A stretch of DNA of 64,000 nt from an uncultured Phycisphaerales bacterium (lineage in GTDB: Bacteria > Planctomycetota > Phycisphaerae > Sedimentisphaerales > Anaerobacaceae): assembly GCA_963718665.1 (NCBI GenBank), contig OY970359.1, positions 2,080,001 to 2,144,000 on the forward strand. Reading direction: 5' to 3'. Numbering within the stretch: position 1 is the stretch's first letter; the number at the start of each line of letters is the position of its first letter. The position numbers and the translations under genes are program-made. Positions 57,843-64,000 of this stretch are shown one piece after another. Below the pieces are notes generated by a model that was given only the letters and a program-made list of their open reading frames with translations, was not told the DNA's origin and did no database searches.

Positions 57843-60380
57843 ATGAAGCAGGTCATAATTTTGATCACAGTGGGAATTGTTTTTGTTTTCTGTTCCTCTG
57901 TTGGCGTGGCTAATATAAATGTTACGTATAACATCAATACCAACTCAACTCGAACACCCATCAGCAAATACATATACGGCACAAACTTTTACATGGACAC
58001 GGATTACACCATTCAAAGAATCGGCGGAAACCGCTGCACCGCCTATAACTGGGAAAACAACTGGTCCAATGCCGGCAGCGACTATTATTTTGAAAACGAC
58101 ACGATGTGGGATTCATCGAATCCCCCGGTACCCGGCCTGGGCTATACTAAACTCATCGACCAGTCTAATTCAGTTAACCAGGACTCTATAGTAACCCTGC
58201 AATTGGCAGGTTACGTTTCCGCTCCAGTCTCTGGGATGGATTTGAATGCCTTCCCTGCTCCATCGCAGTATTTTTATCCCGTTCAATTCGCCAAAGGCGC
58301 TCCATTCTGCAGTCCGCCGAACAATCCAAACACTTCCGATGGCGTTGTTTATATGGATGAATTCGTGAATTTTCTCGTTTGGAAATATGGTTATGCAGGC
58401 ACTCCGACCGGAGTCAAATTCTACTCTTTGGATAATGAGGTTGACATTTGGAATGCAACTCATTACGAAGTTCATCCGGCACATCCCTTATGCCAGGAAA
58501 TTAGAGACAAAGGCGTTGCTTGTGCGACAGCAGTCAAAAATGTTGACCCCAATGCCCAAATAACGGGACCTGTCCTTTGCGTGTTCACGGGGTTCCTAAA
58601 TCTGTGCGGTGCATCCGACTGGTCAAGCGTGCAAGGAAGCCGGCCCTGGTTCATAAGTTATTATCTTGATGAAATGAAAAAGGCGTCGGATGCCAATGGA
58701 AGAAGGCTCCTCGATGTTCTTGATGTTCACTGGTATCCCCCGGAGGATGACGGCAACGGCCATGGTATTTGTACCGACGGTCTTAACGATGCGCGACTGT
58801 TTAACGCAAGAATGCAGGCGCCGAGAACCTTATGGGACACAAGTTATGTTTATCCAAATAATACATATCCTAATGGCGGTTCAAGCTGGGTAAACCAATC
58901 GTATTCGGCGCAATTTTTGCCGATTCTCACAAGATTTAAATCTGACATACAGACTTACTTTCCGGACACCAATATAGGAATCTCGGAATATACCTGGGGC
59001 CCTTCTGAGCAATGGGCAACCGGTATTACCACAGCGGATTTCTTAGGTATTTGCGGCAAGTATGGCGTATATATGACTAATTACTGGGGAAGTGGCGGCT
59101 ATATTGACACAGCGATACAAATGTACAGGAATTACGACGGTCTCCATTCGACTTTCGGTGATACCAACGTTCCTGCGACTATGTCAGATAAGGTGAACAG
59201 CTCTATTTACGCCGCTGTATTCGCAAGCAATGCTAATGAGCTTCATCTTATAGTTATCAATAAAAGCCAAACTGACAATATCACCGGGACATTCAATATC
59301 AACAGTCCGCAAAACTTCTTGGCCGGCAGGGTCTGGAAATTCGATAACACCAGTTCAACCATTTCGGAAACCACCGCAATCAACACCATCACAAATAACT
59401 CGTTCACTTATACCATCCCTGCGATGACTGTTTGCCATATTGTGCTTCAGGTAACCCCGCTAAACGTTTCCATAACTTCGCCTCTCGACGGCGATAGATT
59501 TACATCGGGAAGCGACATTGTCATTGAGGCAAATGCTTCCGCTGTTAACGGCTTCGTAACAAAAGTGGAATTCTTCCAGGGTTCGACAAAACTGGGTGAA
59601 GCTACAGAACCACCGTATTCTTATACGTGGAACGATGTCAACTTGGGCCGATACAGTTTGACCGCACGAGCAACGGATAATAATAACGGGACAACTACCT
59701 CAACGGCAGTAAATATCAATGTTGTCAGCGGCGATGCCACCGGCTTTATTCTTCGCGAATGGTGGACCGGAATCTCCGGAACGGCAGTGAGCAACCTGAC
59801 TTCAGACATAAATTATCCGACGAACCCAAATGGACGGGCATTGATTACCTCACTGGAAGGGCCGACAAACTGGGCGGATAATTACGGGACACGTATTCGC
59901 GGGTATCTGTATCCGCCGGCCACCGGCAGTTACACATTCTGGATTGCTGCCGATGATGCTGGCGAATTGTGGTTGAGCACGGATACCGACCCGAATCACA
60001 AAAGCAAAATTGCCTATACACTGAGCTGGACAAATGCATACCAGTGGAATGAGTACTCGTCGCAGCAATCATCGCCGGTTTCGCTTGTTGCCGGCCAAAG
60101 CTACTATATCGAGGCGTTGCACAAGGAAAATACCGGCGGTGATAATATTGCGGTTGCCTGGCAGGGACCAGGTATAACACAACAGGTAATTGATGGAGTA
60201 TATCTATCACCTTATTTATATAATTTCCAAGATTACTCAACTTTTGCCGGCCAGTGGCTTAAAACTAATTGCAATCGGTCCAATGCATGGTGCAGCGGCG
60301 CCGACCGTGACCGTGACGGCAGTGTACAAATAGATGACCTGATGATATTTGCCGAATGGTGGCTTTATGACAGTGAATAA
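57843..60380 (+). CDS. Secreted GH44 glycoside hydrolase with Ig-like, PA14 and dockerin-like domains
   Basis: RIGGNRCTAYNWENNWSNAGSD, LDNE, LLDVLDVHWYP and ISEY motifs; PA14 (YTFWIAADDAGELWL); DRDRDGSVQIDDL tail. Confidence 0.88.
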   Translation: MKQVIILITVGIVFVFCSSVGVANINVTYNINTNSTRTPISKYIYGTNFYMDTDYTIQRIGGNRCTAYNWENNWSNAGSDYYFENDTMWDSSNPPVPGLGYTKLIDQSNSVNQDSIVTLQLAGYVSAPVSGMDLNAFPAPSQYFYPVQFAKGAPFCSPPNNPNTSDGVVYMDEFVNFLVWKYGYAGTPTGVKFYSLDNEVDIWNATHYEVHPAHPLCQEIRDKGVACATAVKNVDPNAQITGPVLCVFTGFLNLCGASDWSSVQGSRPWFISYYLDEMKKASDANGRRLLDVLDVHWYPPEDDGNGHGICTDGLNDARLFNARMQAPRTLWDTSYVYPNNTYPNGGSSWVNQSYSAQFLPILTRFKSDIQTYFPDTNIGISEYTWGPSEQWATGITTADFLGICGKYGVYMTNYWGSGGYIDTAIQMYRNYDGLHSTFGDTNVPATMSDKVNSSIYAAVFASNANELHLIVINKSQTDNITGTFNINSPQNFLAGRVWKFDNTSSTISETTAINTITNNSFTYTIPAMTVCHIVLQVTPLNVSITSPLDGDRFTSGSDIVIEANASAVNGFVTKVEFFQGSTKLGEATEPPYSYTWNDVNLGRYSLTARATDNNNGTTTSTAVNINVVSGDATGFILREWWTGISGTAVSNLTSDINYPTNPNGRALITSLEGPTNWADNYGTRIRGYLYPPATGSYTFWIAADDAGELWLSTDTDPNHKSKIAYTLSWTNAYQWNEYSSQQSSPVSLVAGQSYYIEALHKENTGGDNIAVAWQGPGITQQVIDGVYLSPYLYNFQDYSTFAGQWLKTNCNRSNAWCSGADRDRDGSVQIDDLMIFAEWWLYDSE

Positions 60381-60411
60381 GCCGGTAAAGGTTAGTTGAT
60401 TGCAAATATAG

Positions 60412-60445
60412 GGGCCGCAAATTATTTTGTGGCCCTTTTTATTTT
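60412..60445. terminator. Terminator hairpin between convergent genes
   Basis: GGGCCGCAAA...TTTGTGGCCC followed by a T run. Confidence 0.7.
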
Positions 60446-60450
60446 GGCGA

Positions 60451-61758
60451 TTACTCGTGTCGGAGGGATTCGATTGGGTCCATATTGGCGGCCCGATAAG
60501 CCGGGTACAGGCCGAAAGCGATTCCAACTGCGCCCGATATGCCGAATGAGAGTAAAAGCGACATGGCGGTGATTACGGTCGGCATATTGCCGAAATGAGT
60601 TACGAAGAAAGGTATAGTGCAGCCGAAGAAGATACCGAGTATCCCGCCGGCAAAGGTCAAAAGCAGGGTCTCTGAGAGAAACTGGAAGATGATATCTTTC
60701 TTTCTTGCACCAAGCGCCCTGCGGATGCCGATTTCACGCGTTCGTTCGCTGACGGTTGCGAGCATTATATTCATAATTCCTATGCCGCCTACGAGAAGCG
60801 AGATTGCGGCGATGGAGCCAAGAACGATGCTGAAGATTCGCTGTGTGCGTTTTGCCTGTTCCAGAAGTTCGAGGGGCACGGTTAATTCATAGTCGTTTTT
60901 TTTATGGAATCTTTCGAGAATGGTCTGGAGGATATCGCGGGTGGGCAAAACGAAGTCGGCGTTGGCGACTTTGACAATGATTTCCTGCAGCTCAACTTTT
61001 TCGACGCTTGCGCCGCTTTGCCCTGATATTTTGACGGACATCTCGCCGAAACGATTTTTAACGGTTGTCAGCGGAATGTAAACATTTCCCGCGTTTGCGC
61101 CGGCTTGTTTTTTTGATGCCTCGGCGTCTTTTGCTTGCTGTTGCTCTGAAGATGCTGCGATGGGCTGCGGGCTTACGATGCCTACGACGGAATAATAGTC
61201 GCTTCCGATTTTGATAAACTGTCCGCGGGGGTCGTCGAATTTAAACAGTTCGTTCATAACTCTTTCGTCGATGACACAGATATCCTGTTTGTAATCCATA
61301 TCGTAGCTGGAGAGGAACCTGCCCATTACCAGCCGGATGGGGGATGTTTCGAGATGCCAGGGGACAGTGCCTATGACTTCGACGGGGATTTTGCGGTTTC
61401 GATACCAGGCCTGATGCGCAACGCGCCGGACTGGGACAATAACTTGTATCCCGGGAATGCTGTTTCGGAAACGTTCGGCGTCATCGTACGTAAGGCCGTA
61501 TTCCTGCAAGCTTTGCTGCTGGCCTGTGGCGTGCTGGTCTTCGGGGGGCTGAATAGTTTTGACGATGATATTGAGCGAGCCGAGTCGCGCGATTTGTGCC
61601 ATTGCGTCTCTGCTTGCGCCTTCGCCGATGGCGAGCATCGCGATAACTGATGCGACGCCGAATATGATACCAAGAGCGGTAAGCGTAGAACGAAGACGAT
61701 GAAGCCACAAACTCTTAATGCCAAGTTTCAGCGTTCTTTTGGTTCTATATAAGAACAT
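60451..61758 (-). CDS. MacB/FtsX-family ABC permease
   Basis: LRSTLTALGIIFGVASV and GGIGIMNIMLATVSERTREIGIRRALGA motifs. Confidence 0.93.
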   Translation of the reverse strand: MFLYRTKRTLKLGIKSLWLHRLRSTLTALGIIFGVASVIAMLAIGEGASRDAMAQIARLGSLNIIVKTIQPPEDQHATGQQQSLQEYGLTYDDAERFRNSIPGIQVIVPVRRVAHQAWYRNRKIPVEVIGTVPWHLETSPIRLVMGRFLSSYDMDYKQDICVIDERVMNELFKFDDPRGQFIKIGSDYYSVVGIVSPQPIAASSEQQQAKDAEASKKQAGANAGNVYIPLTTVKNRFGEMSVKISGQSGASVEKVELQEIIVKVANADFVLPTRDILQTILERFHKKNDYELTVPLELLEQAKRTQRIFSIVLGSIAAISLLVGGIGIMNIMLATVSERTREIGIRRALGARKKDIIFQFLSETLLLTFAGGILGIFFGCTIPFFVTHFGNMPTVITAMSLLLSFGISGAVGIAFGLYPAYRAANMDPIESLRHE

Positions 61759-61761
61759 ATA

Positions 61762-62490
61762 TCAGCGGTTATACCATTGTTTATCTATTCGCCCATCGAA
61801 CAGGCGTATTTCTCTTTGTGAATGTTTGGCGATATCCTCATCGTGTGTGATAACGATTAGGGTTTTCCCCTGCTGGTAAAGCATATCGAGTATATTAAGG
61901 ATGTCCCTGCCGCTCTGGCTGTCGAGGTTTCCCGTTGGTTCATCTGCCAGAACTATCAAGGGGTCGTTTGCCAGCGCCCTGGCGATAGCGACTCGCTGCT
62001 GCTGGCCGCCGCTTAGCTCCGACGGTCTGTGGTTGACGCGGTCGCCAAGCCCAACCATTTCAGCTAATTCTATTGCTCTGGCTTTGCTTTGATGTTCAGA
62101 CATACCCTGATAGAACATCGGGACTTCGATATTTTCAAGAATGTTCAGTTGCGAAATCAGGTTGAATGACTGGAAGACAAAGCCGATGTGCCTGCCGCGT
62201 ATTGCGGAAAGCTCGTTATCGTCGAGAGTTGAGACGTCATGGCCGCCGAGATAGTATTTCCCATTCGAAGGTCTATCCAAGCATCCAATGAGATTGAGCA
62301 GGGTTGATTTGCCTGAGCCGCTGGGGCCCATCACAGCAAGGTAGTCGCCTTTCTTTACGACAAGGTCGATTTCCCGCAGGACTTTAAGCTCGACGGCGCC
62401 AAGCTGATAGTTTTTGCAGAGTTTGTCAAAAACAAGGATAGAGCCATCGGCGGTAAAATCAAGGTTCCTGGCTGGAAGTTTGTCCATCAC
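61762..62490 (-). CDS. MacB/LolD-type ABC ATP-binding protein
   Basis: [23 protein letters not shown] and DEPTGNLD motifs. Confidence 0.94.
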   Translation of the reverse strand: MMDKLPARNLDFTADGSILVFDKLCKNYQLGAVELKVLREIDLVVKKGDYLAVMGPSGSGKSTLLNLIGCLDRPSNGKYYLGGHDVSTLDDNELSAIRGRHIGFVFQSFNLISQLNILENIEVPMFYQGMSEHQSKARAIELAEMVGLGDRVNHRPSELSGGQQQRVAIARALANDPLIVLADEPTGNLDSQSGRDILNILDMLYQQGKTLIVITHDEDIAKHSQREIRLFDGRIDKQWYNR

Positions 62491-64000
62491 TCTGCTGCCT
62501 CATACCATTTTTGGATTGTTTGAATTTTTCCTTTGTTTGCTCATCCATCTGATTTGGGTCAAAGGGCATACCAGGCATTTTGCTGACGGCTTTATTGGGG
62601 TCCGGCATTTGCGGCGAGTCGTCGGTTGCCTGGGCCAGTATCGGCTGTGGTTGCTGTCCGTTTTTGGGGAATTTGTCGGCCAGTTGTTTTTCCGACTCTT
62701 TTTTTGTCTCGTTAATTCTGGGCGGGTTAAGCATAACTTCTTCGCCTTCGCTGAGGCCTTCGAGGATCTGGACCCAGGTATCGTTGAACAACCCTGTTTT
62801 CACCTCTTTTTCAATGCTTTTGCCGCCGCTTACAGTAAAACATACTTTTTTGCCGTTTCTGTTTGCGACGACCTGGACAGGCACCACCAAAGCGTCTGAC
62901 ACATAATCGACAAAAATTTCGACGCGGGCGGACATTCCGGGCTTGAGGAAGCTATGAGTGCCTTCAATACTGACCTGTGTTGTATAGACCTTGATGTCGG
63001 GACTAAGCCAGTTTCTCTGCTGGTCCGGTAGTGAGGCGACTTTGATGACTTCGCCGTTGAATGTCTGGTCGGGGAAGGCATCCATAACGATAGTGGCTTT
63101 CTGGCCCGGCTTTATTTTATCGACGGATGACTCGTGGACGTCTATTTCGACCATCATTGAAGATGTATCGGGCAATGAGATAATTGTCTGTCTCTGATAG
63201 ACCGTTTCGCCCGGCGCGATAAGGCCAGCGCCGCGGTATCTGCTCATAGTGTCCATGCTTGAGCCATATACAACTAAACCGGGGGCGGGTGCTTTTATAA
63301 TGCAGGCGGCGAATTGTTTTTTGCTTTTGTCGAGACGGTCCTGTTGAAGGTCCAGCCGGGCCTTTGCACTTTCGAGCTGGGCCTTGGCCTGCGCAAGTTG
63401 AGAACGCGCCTTGGCGTAAGTGCGTTCCAGGACGCGTTTTGATTCGAAGTAAGCGCTTAAAAATGTCTGGACCTGTTTTGGGAAATCATAAAGCTTGTAG
63501 AGATTAAGCGAGACAATCGCCTCTTCTTCCTGTATTTCATAACTATCTTTTGAAAGCTTGTCGCGGTCCAGTTCGATTTTAGCGACGTAATTTGCGTCAA
63601 AAAGCTCCTGCGTTCCTTCGAGCTGGTATTTCGCGTTTGCGAAATTCGCCTTCGCCAGTTTGATTTTATCCTCCCAGCCTTCAATATCCTGTAAACCCTG
63701 GCCTCCGAGTTTGTTTGCGTCCTGAATGAAGTTATCAACGTCGATAATAGCCGAAGTATCAACGTTTGGGTCGTTTGCTTCCTTGATGGCGTCGATGATA
63801 TGATTCGCGAGTGTTTCGCCGAGATACTTCTGGAAGTCCATAAGGGCGAACCTGACTTTGAGTTCCGCCGCTGTAATATCGCTTTCGTTTTGTTTAACCT
63901 GTATGTCGTAGGCCTCTTTTGCCTGCGCGTAGCTTGCGTCCTCGGTGGTGAAATCAATTTGGCGCTGAGTGAGCTGTTCTTTTAAGTCGCCCGAATCAAG
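62459..64000 (-). CDS. Efflux periplasmic adaptor (MacA-like), N-terminus outside the window
   Basis: Frame open to the window end; long coiled coil, IKAPAPGLVV, LKPGMSARVEI and GLSEGEEV motifs. Confidence 0.88.
   Translation of the reverse strand, partial: LDSGDLKEQLTQRQIDFTTEDASYAQAKEAYDIQVKQNESDITAAELKVRFALMDFQKYLGETLANHIIDAIKEANDPNVDTSAIIDVDNFIQDANKLGGQGLQDIEGWEDKIKLAKANFANAKYQLEGTQELFDANYVAKIELDRDKLSKDSYEIQEEEAIVSLNLYKLYDFPKQVQTFLSAYFESKRVLERTYAKARSQLAQAKAQLESAKARLDLQQDRLDKSKKQFAACIIKAPAPGLVVYGSSMDTMSRYRGAGLIAPGETVYQRQTIISLPDTSSMMVEIDVHESSVDKIKPGQKATIVMDAFPDQTFNGEVIKVASLPDQQRNWLSPDIKVYTTQVSIEGTHSFLKPGMSARVEIFVDYVSDALVVPVQVVANRNGKKVCFTVSGGKSIEKEVKTGLFNDTWVQILEGLSEGEEVMLNPPRINETKKESEKQLADKFPKNGQQPQPILAQATDDSPQMPDPNKAVSKMPGMPFDPNQMDEQTKEKFKQSKNGMRQQSDGQTSSQEP

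Overview
Chromosomal window from a bacterium whose gene set (mraZ-rsmH-LysM-ftsL-like-ftsI facing mreBCD-mrdA, an extended sigma-70 factor, dockerin-tailed secreted proteins, HEAT lipoprotein) suggests an anaerobic planctomycete such as Phycisphaerae; this assignment is inferred. Most of the window is housekeeping: proB/proA, tRNA-Gly, division and elongation genes, lnt, an orphan DNA methyltransferase, accBC, lysA, nadD, hypFCDEAB, csrA, purD, an AsmA-like protein, a GntR/ABC operon, clpB, a corrinoid protein, a GH44 glycoside hydrolase and a MacAB-type exporter. The accessory part lies downstream of tRNA-Ala(GGC) at 29990, where two further copies of the tRNA 3' half delimit two tandem islands. 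Island 1 is a sulfur amino acid cassette with a frameshifted Rrf2 regulator. Island 2 is a decayed integrative element (integrase and umuC remnants) that carries an intact AT-rich three-gene module: a 2TM beta-rich protein, a YkgJ-type CxxCxxCC protein and an unannotated 15-aa Pro/Lys peptide. Other highlights are a 19-aa peptide with 11 Lys plus a terminator upstream of lysA, and several different miniature repeat or palindromic elements inserted in frame inside ProA, Lnt and HypE. No CRISPR array or rRNA was seen.
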